A DNA stretch of 64,000 bases from the human T2T-CHM13v2.0 reference genome, Homo sapiens (GCF_009914755.1 NC_060928.1); one strand, 5' to 3'. Positions 1-15,392 are shown, counted from the stretch's first letter. The notes: generated by a model from the sequence alone, not told the origin. Program-made: numbers and translations.

Positions 1-644
1 AGTCATCATCTTATTTGTTGGCCTTGCCATAGCTAAATAATACCTACATTTTAAAACATCCTACCTTAAGATTTTAATATTGACTATAAGAATTTTCATG
101 ACACTTTAGAGTTTATTAAACAAACATCTTATTGAAACTCTACCAGGTCTAAGACTACCCTAGGTTTCATATTGCTTTTCAAAATCGACAGGTCAGCCTT
201 TGCCCTCAAAGGATTTATAATCTGGTTGTGACCATATCTTCAACTGAATAAAAGGGTAACAATTATTTAATATGTAATTATCTCCTCTTTTTATACTTGC
301 TACCTCTTTAAGTGCATTTATGGCTTTGCATTTGCATAAATATAGTCAGGATTTGATTATTTGGCACAAACAAAGGCCATAGAGTAACTTATGTTAATTG
401 AAGGATAATTCAAAAAGTATTTATATTGATAAAATTATAAAACAATTTTTTGGATACAAGATAAATCAGGAATGCAGCACTCAAGCAAATACAGAATTCA
501 TTTGACAAATCCAAACTCAGAGAAATTTAATTAAGTTATTAATTAAAATAATGAAAAGAAATTTCTTAAGTTATTAAAGAAATAACTAAAGAAATTTCTT
601 TAAGTTATTAAAGAAAGTTAATAACTTGCTCTGGAGGAATCTTC

Positions 645-802
645 TTTTCTTTTAATAGAGACAGCATCTCACGCTATCACTCAGGCTAGAGTGCAGTAGA
701 ACAATTATAGCTCACTGTGGCCTCAAACTCCTGGTATCAAATGATCCTTCCAGCTCAGCCTTGCGCGTAGTGGGACTCAGGTGTGCAACACCATTCTTGG
801 CC
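645..802 (-). mobile_element. Free Alu monomer (FRAM/FAM-like)
   Basis: Reverse complement of an Alu right-arm monomer. Flanked by the direct repeat gaatcttc at 637-644 and 804-811. Confidence 0.8.
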
Positions 803-877
803 TGAATCTTCCCCTTTTTTGTACATCATTCTTTTGCATATGAATGCAAAAGATGAGCTATTTTAGCTTTATATTCC

Positions 878-1165
878 ATATTAGTTTGCTAAGGCTGCCA
901 TAACAAGGTACCACAGACAGGGTAGTTTAAGCAGCAGAAATTAATTTCCTCCCAATACTGGAGGTGAGAAATCTGAGATCAAGGTATTTTCAGGGTTGAT
1001 TCCTTCTGAGAGCTGCAAGGGAAAATCTGTTCCACACCTCTTTCCTTGCCTTGTACATGGCCATCTTCTCTCCGGGTCTTCATATTGTTTTCTCTCTGAG
1101 TCTGTGTCCAGATTTCCTCTAGAATCATCCTGGATTAGGGCCTACCTTAACCACCTTGCAATACC
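878..1165 (-). mobile_element. MaLR LTR fragment (MLT1A/B-like)
   Basis: atattagtttgctaaggctgccataacaaggtaccacagac...gagatcaaggt matches the MLT1 LTR terminus in reverse. Confidence 0.75.
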
Positions 1166-1169
1166 TCAA

Positions 1170-1886
1170 TCCATTGGTTTCAAGCTGGGGTTCCCCCAAA
1201 TCTCTCTTTGGATTTGATTAATTTGCTAAACCATCTAGGAGAACTCAGAGAAGCATGTTTACTGGTTTATTAGAAAGAATATTAGAAAGGATACAGATAA
1301 AGACATGCATAGGGTGAGGTATGGGGGAAAGGGTATGAAGCTTCCACACCCTTCCTGGCACACTCCACCCTCCAGGAGCCTCCATGTGTTCAGCTATCCA
1401 GAAGCTGTAAGAATCCTGTCCTCTTGGGCCTTTTATGGAGACTTCATTAGAGAGGCATGATTGATAACCATGTAGAAATTTGATTGGACAAGAAGGGCGT
1501 GATCTAATACTAATAGACTGACTGGGAAAACCCAGCAAGGCCTGTCCATTCAATGTCTTCTTGATCTCTCTGTGCAGCATTCCTTCATCATAGGTGTGGG
1601 GCAGGACCCTTTCTGAAATGGGAGTCTTGTGACCTACAATCAGACAAGGCAGGCTGTAAAATTTCTTTACAGCCAGCTCCCAAGACAGAAAAACAGGGGA
1701 AGACTCCAGCCTTGGAAAGAAAAAGAGCAGGTTAAAGGTGGACGGGAGAAGTTTAGAAAGAGACAGATTCTGTTTTCCAAGGCCTGTTTTTAAGGCCTAA
1801 AATGCCTCAACATCATAACAAGGGCCATAGAATCATGGATGAAAACCAATAGGCAGATACATAAATATATATATTATAATCTCACA
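1170..1886 (-). mobile_element. MER21-family LTR
   Basis: ggggttcccc..tttggatttgattaatttgcta..gaactcag..gatacagataaagacatgcatagggtgaggtatggggg resembles MER21; ends atatattataatctcaca. Confidence 0.7.
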
Positions 1887-1889
1887 CAC

Positions 1890-3340
<1,451 letters not shown>

Positions 3341-3569
3341 GTGAGAACTCTCATTGTTATTTGTAGGGGCATATGCAAAGTGTCACTGAAAGCTGTGTGT
3401 TTGAGTCTCCCAAGTAAGTCCAGGAAAGATTAGCCTGAAGTCTGATTTAATTATCTTTAATTGTGTTATTATTAGGTGTCTTAGATTGGAAGACAGTCTG
3501 AGTGAAAGATGATGCCTTTGACTTCATTTTTGGTGAAGAGTTTAGTCTTTTAAAACTACATGCAATAAT

Positions 3570-3800
3570 ATAGTATGATTTTGAGCAAGGGCTCTGGAGC
3601 CATTGTTCTTGGGTCAAAAAGAGATCAGTTTCTTACTACTTATGTGAAGGGCAAGTGACTTAAACTTTGCTGTTTCAGATTTCTCAACTATAAAACGCTG
3701 AAACTAAGAGTACTTACCCGACATATTACTGTGAAGAAGAAATGAGCAAAGAGCTTAGAACAGAGCTTGGCACATAAGAACTGCTTGATAATGATCAGAT
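3570..3800 (+). mobile_element. MIR
   Basis: gggctctggagcc...gggcaagtgacttaaac...cttagaacagagcttggcacata. Confidence 0.7.
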
Positions 3801-3819
3801 GTTAGCATGATTAGTACTT

Positions 3820-4012
3820 GGAGGGAGGCAGCTTTGTTTCATGAAAAGAACATCACATTGGTTTTAAGACTGAGATCTAAGTCTGTCTTTATTACTAATT
3901 AGTTGCATGGAATTGAGCAAGTCATTTAATGACTCTGCTTTTATTAGAAAACAAAAGAGTAATACCATATTACATCTAAGACCTCTTCTTGCTCTAAAAG
4001 CCTGTAATCCTC
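3820..4012 (+). mobile_element. MIR3/MIRc-like fragment
   Basis: gggaggcagc...gagcaagtcatttaa...tctaagacctcttcttgctctaaaa resembles the MIR core and 3' end. Confidence 0.55.
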
Positions 4013-5981
4013 TTATAATGATGATGATTGCATATTTCTTTATAGGGTCATTTATCAAATACATATGTAATTTCTATAGAAAATTTATTCTTAAGATAGA
4101 GATAACTAAACTGATGGAATATATCATGTTAATCTTTATTTGATATTAAAATAATTGTTAAGATTACAAGGATAAGATGGAGCTTCAAGAAATACTAATT
4201 AATGATAATGACATGTATGTATGGCATCTCATAAATGAACAGTGTACGCTTTTAAATAATATATACAAATACTTATTCTTGCCATTTTGTAGTTAACTTT
4301 TCTGAACTGTTTCAAGAAATAGGGTAGTCCTTTGTGTAGTATTCATTTTAATTATATGACAATTATATATAGATGTTGCAAGATCTGGTAAAATCTCATT
4401 AAATTGTCATAGTTCAGTCTGACAGATATGTGCTTCTAAACTATAGATGATGGCAAGAGAAATGAGTAACTCATTTTCTACACTTTTTGTAAAGACTGGG
4501 CTTCATGATGATAGTCGTGAACGTGCTCTGTTACTTTAAAAAATTGACTATTAGAAGCAAAAGAGTAGCCTAGATAATAAAATTACATTTCAACATTTTC
4601 TCTCGGATAAATTCTGGTTATAATCAGTGGACATCTGTTCATTTTTAAACTTTAATGTTTGTTTACTTTGAGTTTGTAGCTTAAGATAAAAATTCCAGAC
4701 AGTTTAATAACAAAGAGTAAGTTTGTCATTTAAAACAAATGCCTTAATCAAAATTTCCATATAACAAAGTTATTTTCACGCTCTGGTTATTGGCACATTT
4801 AATTCAAACACTATTTCATAGAGTAAATTTTCAGGATAAATTGAACTTAATCATGGTGGTTTGGTAATGGAATTCGGTCCTAGATCTCTTTTCTTTTCTT
4901 TAGGCTCTGATTTTTTAAAAATCTTGATTGGATGCATTAAAAATCAGAGAATCTGCATGATAATCAAGAGGAACAGCAGAGAACAGTTCTTGGTTAGAAA
5001 GAAACTGTACCATAGGTAGAAAAATATGAAGAGATATCTTTGTACTAGGTTATCCTCTCTGAGCATGAATATAGTATTTGTGTAAGGTAAAACTGACTTT
5101 TTAAAATGAGGTGCATATGCTGCATGGCACTGGGAAATGGACATCAAACCTGCGTGTCCATCTTGTGCTGAATGTCCTTGCTTAGTAAATTTCATTTTAA
5201 CCGTAAAAAGAAGCACATATTGGAAGGAAAACTGACTTCCAATAAGCATTTCTCATAAAAATGTTTTTCTATAGTGTGCATTTAGAGAACTTCCAGAAGA
5301 CACTGATAATCCAGCTGAGAGCTTATGAAAAATATATATATGATAGCTTTTAAATGGTTTTCCAATTACCAGCCTAATTCTATGGTGATTTCAAAACATA
5401 CCATGAATCAATATTACAGAATAATGTCTTAATGTTTGATTGTTGATACAATATGTATCAAATCATAGATGTTAGTTCTATCTCATTATACAAATATTTT
5501 CAAAGACTTCCATTTAGGTTATACAAAGCCCTTAAGTGTGAAAAATGACATACTGCAATTATCTATCTTTTGTTGAAAATTTAACTACAAAATAACAAGA
5601 GTAAGTGTTTGTATATGTTATTTAAAAGCTTACATTGTCTGTGAGATGCCATGCACATATGTCATTATCATTGATTAGTATTTCTTGAAGCTCCATATCA
5701 TCCTGTAGCCTCAACAATTATTTTAACATCAAATAAAGATTAATAATAAATTATAGTAATTTAGTCATCTCTAATTTACCCAGAGAATACATTTCCCATA
5801 GAAATTATATATGCATTTGATAAATGACCTGTTAAAGAAATATGCCATCATCATCATTATAAAGGAATTACAGGCTTTTAGACTAAAAAAAGGTGTTAAA
5901 TGTAATGTGGTATTACTCTTTGGTTTTCAAATAGAAACAATTAATTAAATGACTTTCTCAACCCCGTTGCATCTAATTAGT
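3894..5981. repeat. Diverged inverted duplication, arms 3894-4302 and 5575-5981
   Basis: The reverse complement of 5575-5981 aligns along 3894-4302. Exact 23-mer atggagcttcaagaaatactaat (4177-4199) pairs with attagtatttcttgaagctccat (5674-5696). Confidence 0.92.
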
Positions 5982-8544
5982 TCAATTTCCCATTCTTTTT
6001 GGTAATACAAATTTGGAAGAAGTCTATACTATTATTTTCTACATTAGTTCAACTTAGAGCCACAATCTATATTCCTCTTTAGTTCAAAAGTCATTTTTCA
6101 AAGATGCACTATCTTAGGATTAAATTGTATTCATAGACCCTCATTGAATAAATTATATCCAATTAACTATATTTATTTAACAGTTTATGATTTTTAAATA
6201 TCATGACTTTTTAAAATCTCTAATTTATTTGCCTTCTACATGTACTAGGTTAGTTTCTGCAAAAATATAAGGGAACTAAGTATTGTGATCTGGCCATAGT
6301 GCTGTTCAGAGGCTAGTTGGGAAATTGAGGGTGCTTGCTATATTTTTGAAAGTGTACTCCTTAATATGTGGTTTGATTTTAATTCAACCAACATTTGTTC
6401 AGAATATACTATTAGTAAAGCCTTGTATTCACATTTATGTGATATGTAATCATGAAAAAGACATTGACTCTGCCATATACATATTCATAACTTAGAAGAG
6501 GAGATAAACATGAAAATCTGGTAAGTCAAGCAACTAAGTTGAGAATATAAGGATAGTAGAGATTAATTCTAGTTGGAATTGAGGAATTGGGAAGAAACCA
6601 TGTGATAGTAGGATAAAAGCTAAGAGCTTAAATTTGGAGGACATTTTCTAGTAGCTGAAATGGGGAGACATGCAATGTAGTTAGGCCCAAGGTTGGTTTG
6701 CATGGGAAGAAATTGGATTTGATTATAATTATTATTATTAGTAGTAGTAGTAGACATCGTCATAGTTGTAGTCATAGTTGTATTTTATGAAGGGTATTTG
6801 CATAATTCTATAATTAATTATTGAGATGCATTTTGTGAAAACAAAGAGAATTAAATCATAGCAAAATGGGAAAAATTATCTAACATTCCTCTGCCTTTCC
6901 TTTTGGTGTCCTTTGGCTTGGTTTGGTGTCCTGAGACATTTGCCTGTGGTGATCTACCTCCATGGTCACCATGCTGTAGTAATAAGTGTGCAAGTTTGAA
7001 AATCAGATGACCTGGCCTGGAGTCCTGACTCTACCCCTCACAAGTGAGTGATGTTGAATAAGTTAGCCTAACACTTACTTGTTACCTCATTATTTTCACA
7101 TATAAAATCAATAGGAAATTATACTCACCTCAAAGAATAAATTACAATAATGAATGTAGAATTGAATTTTCATGTTAACAACTCTACAGTAGTTGATCAG
7201 GAGAGTGCTGTCCCCTATGGCAGTGGTGCTGGCATGATAATGAAGCACTGAGTACTCAAATGTCAAACATCAGTGGTCTTTGCTAGAACATCATCTTCTT
7301 AGTGAACATTATAAGACCAGTCTTTTAAAAATTGGAACCGTCTCCCTGTAACCATACCCTATGTCCATTTTTGCTTTATTTTTATCCATGGAACTTATTG
7401 CCATCTGTTGTACTAAACATTTTACTTATTCATTTTGTGTCTGTTTTCCCCAACTAGAATGTAAGCTTTATGTGGGAAGGTATTTTTTTTCTAGAGTCAT
7501 TGCTGTACCAGCAATCCTTAGAAAAATGGTTGCCATTGTTTGAAAAATTTTTATTGAAGAAGTGCATAAATGCGTCTAAGTAAGTCAGCTAATAAAGTCA
7601 GATAAATACAGTTCATGCTGACTTATTCACACCTGTTGTAGGAAATGTGTACGCACTTACAGATTATCTGCAGAACCAAAACCTTGACTCAATTATCTAA
7701 ATGTGGAAACTCCTGATCCTACGCCAGATCGGAGGGGGAGCTAGGTAGTTTTCCTCAGTTATATCTTATAGAAGTCCTGCCAAGATCTCCTGAGATGAGG
7801 TACCTTTTTCTCTTTGCTACTCTAACATCTTACTGAATAATGCGTATTATTGTTAGATACTCAATTATAGCTATGACAATTAGTTTAATATATTTTGCAC
7901 TGAGTTTGAGATACACAGGCACATCAGTTACTTAAAACTAGTTTGAAAACAAATCAAAAGATTTACAGAGATAAAAAGAATTGTGGTGCATGTTCATTGA
8001 GAATACAGATGACAGGGATATTTACATATATATTATACACTGGAGTTTTGGAAACAGATACATGAGCTTCACCCCACCCAGCACCCATGACAGAACAGAC
8101 GACTCTAAAGCAATCAAGTCAAAGATGTAATATTGCCATTTATCATCACAAATCATAAACCAAATATGTCATACAAGTGGAAACTGTTATTTCCTCTGAG
8201 TTTTTAATAGGAAGATTTCAGTCAGGAGATAGCTTGTGATTTATGTCGAATAAAATAAAAAATGTCTCCGTTTGTAAAATTTCTGCTGGTCTATTATCTT
8301 TTAATTGTTTCAAAAAATAGCTTTATTTTTCTTTCTGGAAATGTGGTTACACTCCCTTGCCTACTGGAACTTCATTATTATGTCCTTGGGGAGCTTCCAC
8401 TCCTAGTTAAATATCCTAAAATAGAACATTTAAAAAACTTGCATTTAACAACATTGCCAACAGAAATTAACTTTCTGAAAAGGAGTATAGAACTGTGTCA
8501 CATATGTGCATTCAGAACTTTGGGTTAAATTGCATTTGTAAATA

Positions 8545-8576
8545 TGTGTGTGTGTGTGTGTGTTTGTGTGTGTGTG
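8545..8576. repeat. (TG)n microsatellite
   Basis: Directly visible, with one interruption. Confidence 0.95.
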
Positions 8577-9899
8577 CTTATATTCTATTTCTGAGAGCAA
8601 AATGCTACAAATGGCTACAAATGAACTAAGTGTTCGGCTGATATCTTGGAAAGGCCTTTCTGTGTGATGCACTTTAATTTCACAGTATTTACCAAACATT
8701 TAATCTGTGACTGGCATTCTGCATACAGAACAATTCCCCAGCCACAGAATGGCTTCAGTTCAGTAGCGATTCTCTATTCTTGACTGTCTCATTTAGCATG
8801 TCTTAATCAGCATATTAAATCAGGCATTGTGTTTTTAAAGACACTATTCTATTTAATATTTGTAACAGTCCTGTGGGGATTTTTATATCCATCTTAGTGC
8901 TGAGGAAACAATGTCAGCGGTGTTCAATATTTAAATGAAATTCTCACAGCTGTAAATGGCACAAACAGAACTCAAACCCAGGCATTCTTACTTACTCCCC
9001 TACACCACAGCCCCCTTCATTAACGGCTTGATATTCTTCTTTGCATTTAATGTATTATAAAGTATTTGTTTGCCACTGGATAAACAGATTGATTTAATTC
9101 CCCATTAGAAAGTCCTTGACTCATTTAATGGTCTGTCAGTATGCCCGATCCATAGAGTTGGCTGTTGAGATTTATTCTCAAAATTTGTTGTCTTCTAACT
9201 GTGAAACTAGACCAGTCCAATAAAACCAAAACAAATTTCATGATGGAGTCTTCATCTTTCTTCATTCATTCACATTCACTGGAGAAGCAATAAAATAACT
9301 GTGGACTATATCCTGGCACTGTGTGATGTCCTGCATATATTCAGTAGCTGCAACATTGTTATTTAATAATGATCTTGTATTTTTTGATATTCATTAGGCT
9401 TCATAATGCCTTTAATTATTGGACATTATTTTCCTCTTTTTACAGGTGAGAAAATTATTGAGGCTTAGAGATATCAAGGTAGTCATAAGGTCATACGGGT
9501 AGCAATGGAGAAATAAGGACAAAAGCCTAGACTTTCTGCATCCAAATCCTGAATTCTTTGCACTACACCAACTCCTCTGTTTCTGACTTAAATGAAGTAC
9601 ATTATACTTTTCCAATATACGGTGTAAATTTAAGAAGTACATGGTCGCTCCATAAATGCTATCCAGCATTGATTTGAGAATTATCTAGCATGTGTTCCTT
9701 TCAAATGTTGTGCCATGAAAGATGTTATTACCAGTGAAGCAAAAGTTATCATAGATTTTAGAAGTGAGAAGCCAGGTCTTGGGCAAAACTTTAGAAAAAA
9801 AGTCCAACAATTTTTCACAAAATTATCCAAAGACAAGATTATTGCTTGAAGTGAATTATTATCAACTATTTCATTCTTTCAATATTCAATGTGTATGTA

Positions 9900-10140
9900 A
9901 CATTGTTGTAAACAGAAGACTGCTTGGGTTTCAGCCCTAGGTTTATCACTAACCCAATGACCTTGGCCAATAATCTTGTCTGAGCTTCTAGTTTTCTTTA
10001 ATCTGTAAAATGAGGATAATGAAAATACCTGTCTTATTGTTGATGTGTCTAATCATATCACTTAATGAGTTACTATGCATCAAATACTTAGAACAGTTCT
10101 TGTTTCCTGTAGTAAGCCCTATATAAGCACTTGCTATTAT
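9900..10140 (+). mobile_element. MIR
   Basis: agactgcttgggtttcagccc...tgaccttggcc...ctgtaaaatgaggataat...cttagaacag. Confidence 0.7.
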
Positions 10141-10499
10141 TATATTTGAATAATACAATAATTATTATTAATACTATGTAGAATGCAATTTGTGAATATA
10201 ACAATGAATAAGCAGTAGTCCCTATACTCTATATATTTACAGGCTAGCTAAGGAGGTAAGCTATGTGTCAGAGAAGACTACAGGAAGGATATAGGATTCA
10301 AACTGAATATGAGTACTGAGAACATTAAGGGAACCTGTGAAAGTATTGATCCTAAAGGAGGTCATTTCTGCTAACAGACATATATATTCCTAGGTAAGCC
10401 TCTTTATTCAAGTGCAAATTGGGCATTGGCAATTAGCCTTGAAGCAATGAATTGCCTTTGAAAATCTGCAAAAGAAATATAAAGTCCCAGGATAACCTA

Positions 10500-11000
10500 G
10501 TTCTTCGGACAGAGTTTAGATTGGGTGACTATGGACAACCTGAAGGATAAGCAGAAGTTGGCCTTGAAGAAAGGTCTGCATGGGAAAATATTCCAGGTGG
10601 AAGCAGCAGCGTATGCAAAGGCCTGAGGTGAAAACAAGTTCGGTGAAGTTGGAGCTTAGTAAACAGGACGGGGGAGAGGCAGGAGAGGAGAACAGAGGCA
10701 GGCCTGAGATCATGTAGGGGCTTGTATGTCTCTGCAAGAAGTTTGGGTATGCTCTAAATGTAATGGAAAGATATTAAAGAGTTTTAAGCAAACAAGTGGC
10801 TTGATGTTGTGTAGCATAGATTTGGGGGTGTTGTAGGGAAAAGATCGATAAGGAGACTAATTCATCAGTCCAGGGATGGAAAATGTGAATAGATTTATGA
10901 ATTATTTTTGTAGTAGGAATGGCAGAACCTATTGATGGTTTAGATTGGAGATGGGACGTGAAGGACACACAGGGATTAGAGAAACTCCTAGGTTTTTCCC
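10500..11000 (-). mobile_element. L2 fragment
   Basis: atattccaggtggaagcagcagcgtatgcaaaggcctgagg...gagttttaagca is typical antisense L2. Confidence 0.65.
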
Positions 11001-12944
11001 AAGTTTTTCCTTTGCTGTACCTCCTAAGTGGAAAATTCATTCCATTTGAAATTCAGTTTACTTTTTAATAATTATAAATATAATATTTAATAATTTTAAA
11101 GGTAATTTTTAAAAGTTCCTCATAATTACTAGTGTTTTATTATTAATACTCACTTTTAGTCTTTACCCAAACTGTGAACATAGTAACACATTGAGTTTTT
11201 CCTCTTTTTGTCTAATAATAGGTCATAAGTGCTCTTAAATTATTTGCATCCATATAATTTTATAATTTGTTGACTGTCTGCATCTGTATTCCTTCAAGGC
11301 CATATATTTAATTAAATTAATGATTTCCTCTTATTAGATATGTCATTAAGATTAATGAAAAAGTATCATTTTCTAAAGTGAGTGATTTTATTTAAATGGT
11401 TTTTATCTTTCAGAATTAGATAAAATAAGAACAGATGGGCTTAGAAGTATAAAAATTATTCAAAAATTTTTGATAGCGAACAATTTAAAGTCTTTCTCAG
11501 AAAATTCATTTCTTAGCACAGCTTATATTTTGATAATTTTAAAATAGTGATGAAAATGGTCTATTGTTTTGTTTGCCTACTTCAACACACATATTTTAGT
11601 GTTATAGCAAAGCAAGACTTTATGCTGCATGCTTACAATACAAAATATTGATGCCAAATATTCATATTAGAGATTTTTAAAGTTCTCTACATTTATTTCA
11701 CATTTAATAATAAGATAATGGGTGATCAGATGATTTTGACTTCTTTATTTTGTGATACCACTAGTGAAATGTCACTTCAGCAAAAGTGATAATAATTTTC
11801 ATAAAGAATATGTTAGTGATTAGGAATATTTCTACTACCGTATTGTCTCACAATATTACTTTACTGACTCCGTCTATGAAATGGAGTATAATTCAGAAGA
11901 TGAAATTCTCTTTGTTAACGAAATTTCCATGAGAAGTCAATCCATCATTAGAGTATAAGTTAGGGCTTTCAAGATAATTAAGATTAGCATTGACAGTTTA
12001 TGTGTGACTTGTGCCTAGAGTTTTGACCCAGACAAACATTTTTAAAAGGTTAGCAAAATTGACTTGTTCTCATATCTGCAGTATTTAATAATGAAAATGG
12101 AGAAATTTTAAGCTTTGTATTAAGAAGTGCCTGAATCATTCTAGAGCCAGTTCTTATAGACATGAGAGATAATTTTCCTTTCCTCTAATCAATGATATAA
12201 TACAAGTAAAAGAGAAGAGTGGAAATAGGATGCACAAATTTTTGAGGGATGCAGAAACTGTGGATTAGGGGGTGGCAAGTTGGGGTGGTATGTGGTGTGC
12301 TTCCATGGCAGAGGCAATTGTTACACTAGCAGCCAGTCTGTCTAGGCTGGTTGGGTAAAGAAGAAACTTTCCAAAATCCAAATATTTATGTGATTATTGT
12401 GACAAAAGATTTTCTGAGTTTTTTGTTTGTTTGTTTTAGAGTTGGGCATAATGGTTTTCTTTCTTGCTACTTTTTGTTTCAGTGTTGACTTTCCTTGAAT
12501 TTGTATTTTTCTTCAATATGTTAAGAACTCTTGAGGCATATTAATATGTATTAGTAAATGTATGTTAATAAAATGCTTTCTTTTCTTAGAAAATTCATAT
12601 TGATGAACCTAGACTTTCAAGACATGGCTAAATTATGTCCAAAACAAGGTACAGTCAGATACAATTTTAAACCATAAATGATAATATACAATGAAAAATA
12701 ACTATGATCTTGGGGATCTTCTATTACACAAAAACTGAATAAAACCAGAATATATCATTGTTCTAGCTGGCGAGGTTATTTTATATTTTCTGAATATGAG
12801 TAATGTTAGAGTCATTGGAAAACTTTCCAGATTAATTTCTGGTAATTTGGTAAAAGGGCCTAAAGAAGTCTTCATTGTATTATGTAGTAGAGAAAAAGCG
12901 AACCATGATGAAAATAGCATAAGTAAATTGCAGATGCTCTAGAT

Positions 12945-13451
12945 TTGCACTGTCCAGTATATCATTTACCAAATGTGATTATTTTAATGTAAATTATTTA
13001 ATTAATTTATTTATTTTGAAGAGGAGGCTCACTTTGTCACCCAGGCTGGAGTGCAGTGTAGCGATCTCAGCTGTCTGCAATCTCTGCCTCCCAGATTCAA
13101 GCGGTTCTCCTTTCTCAGCCTCCTGAGTAGCTGGGATTACAGGTGCCTGTCACTATCCCCACCTAATTTTTGTATTTTGTTTTTGTTTTTAGCAGCGAGG
13201 GGGTTTCACCATGTTGGCCAGGCTGGCCTCCAACTCCTTACCTCAAGTGATCCACCCACCTCAGCCTCCCAAAGTGCTGGAATTACAATTATAAATTAAT
13301 TTAAATTAAGAATTCAGTTCTCCAGTTACACTAGCCACATTTCAGATGCTCAATATGTTGAATAGCCACATGTGCCCAGTGACTAATATACTGGGCAGCA
13401 CAAATTAAAGAATATTTCCATCATGGAAGAATGTTCTATTGAACTCTGCTG
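12945..13451. mobile_element. hAT-Charlie DNA transposon (MER33/MER3-like), split by an Alu
   Basis: Termini ttgcactgtccagtat and ttctattgaactctgctg; internal cactagccacatttcagatgctcaat; 8-bp TSD ctctagat (12937-12944) / ctctaaat (13452-13459). Confidence 0.8.
13000..13287 (-). mobile_element. AluS (Sx-like), lacking ~25 nt at its 5' end
   Basis: Reverse-complement Alu dimer nested in the MER33-like element. Confidence 0.9.
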
Positions 13452-13590
13452 CTCTAAATATACCATGTACTACATGGCCTCTGATTCCTTATATTATTAA
13501 TAATTATTATTATAATTATAATAGAGGTAGATGTAGCATTTTTGGTACTAGAGTATGTATTACAAAAATACACTAGTCATTTAAACACAT

Positions 13591-13963
13591 TGTATTAGTC
13601 TCCTATAACTGCCATTACAAAATGCTACAGGCTGGGTGGTTTAAGCAACAGAAATTTATTTCTCATAGTTCTGGATGCTGGAAGTTGAAAATCAAGGTGC
13701 TGGCAGAGTTGGGTTCCCCTGAGGCCTCTTTCCTTGGCTTGCAGATGGCTGCCTTCTCACTGTGTCCTCACCTGGCCTTTCCTCTGTGTGTACAGCCTGG
13801 CATCTCTCTCTTCTCTGAGGACCCAGTCCATTTGGATTTGGGTCCTACCCTTATGACTCTATGCAACCTTAAATACCTCCTTAAAGGTTCTATCTCCAAA
13901 TATAGTCACATTGGGAGTTAAGGTTTCAACATGAATTTTGGGGGCAAACTTTAGTTCATAACA
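13591..13963 (-). mobile_element. MaLR solo LTR (MLT1A0-like)
   Basis: tgtattagtc...ttcataaca termini; aacagaaatttatttctcatagttctgg...aatcaaggtgctggcag. Confidence 0.85.
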
Positions 13964-15026
13964 CATACTTTTTATGAGTAGTCAGAAGAATCCTACAATG
14001 TAGGTTTTATACCCTATTTTACATATGAGAAATCCATGACCCCAATGAAAAGGTCAGTAGTTGTTAGAGATGAGATTCAAACCCAGGCCTCTCTCATGCT
14101 GCATACCATTACCTTTCTTATACACATACTTCTAATATACATGGATGCATGAATAAAAAAATATATTTTAATCTACATTTTGAAATTGAAAATCTGAGAC
14201 TATTTATGTAACTGATAGAAGCCTGTATCCTACAGAACGGGAGTGGGATTGGGAAGCAATTGGCTACAGCTCCTTATCCTAGCTACTAACATTTTTACAA
14301 GTGAATATTGTTATATAGTCAGATTTATAACATTCATATTATATAACATGATATAAATGTGTACATGTGTATGTGTGTACTTTGTATGCTTCTTAGAAAT
14401 AGTACTGGCAGACACAAGTTTTGGATATTAGAAAAATTTACATACACTATAACTCTTACAAAGTAAGTAGTGATTAAATTGAATATATACAGAATTAGCT
14501 ACAGTTTTATAAGATATTCTGTTTTTAATTCTTTTCCTCCCTTATATTGGCATAAAAGAGTTTGTAAATTAAAATTCCTTAGAATATTTTTTGTATTTTA
14601 GATGTTTTTCACTAATGATGAAATATAGCTTATAGCTCTTTTTAGGCTTATTTGGGTATCTAATGTTTTTTGCTACAGCACAGTATTCCAACTGGATTAC
14701 TTAGTCATGTTGCAAGAGCTAATTACATTTGGGAGCATAGGGTGATAAATGCCCTTAAAATTACATAATTGTTTTCCATGATATTTATCAGATACTCTGG
14801 AATCTGATAAACATTTAACTAGATGTATTATGCAATCATATTAATTTAGTACTATTATTGAACAATGTTCTTTAGGGACTTGCTACTGAAAAACAATTTT
14901 ATACAAAAAGAGCTGAATAGGAATTTTAATTCTTATTCATTTAATATTTGGTTTAATAACTGCCAGAGAAAATACTTATGTAAAACTCTCAATCATGGAC
15001 ATCAAAGCTTTAAAATGAAAGTTTGG

Positions 15027-15292
15027 GGCCAGGCACGGTGGCCATGCCTGTAACCCCGGCACTTTGGGAAGCCAAGGCAGGTGGATCACTTGAGGCCAGG
15101 AGTTCGAGACCAGACTGGCCAACATGGTGAAACTCTGTCTCTACTAAAAATACAAAAATTAGCCAGTGTGATGGCACGTGCCTGCTACTCAGAAGGCTGA
15201 GGTGGGAGAATGGCTTGAACCCGGAATGCGGAGGTTGCAGTGAGCCGAGTTTGCACTACTACACTCCAGCCTGGGTGACAGAGTGAGACTCC
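15027..15292 (+). mobile_element. AluS (Sx/Sz-like)
   Basis: Alu dimer; TSD aagtttgg at 15019-15026 and 15394-15401. Confidence 0.9.

Positions 15293-15392
<100 letters not shown>

Noticed and set aside
4905-4949. Inverted repeat ctctgattttt / aaaaatcagag
   Set aside because: Short and homopolymer-rich; plausible by chance.
14217-14290. Exon-like GC-richer patch
   Set aside because: No convincing acceptor/donor pair, and the translations are not recognisable.
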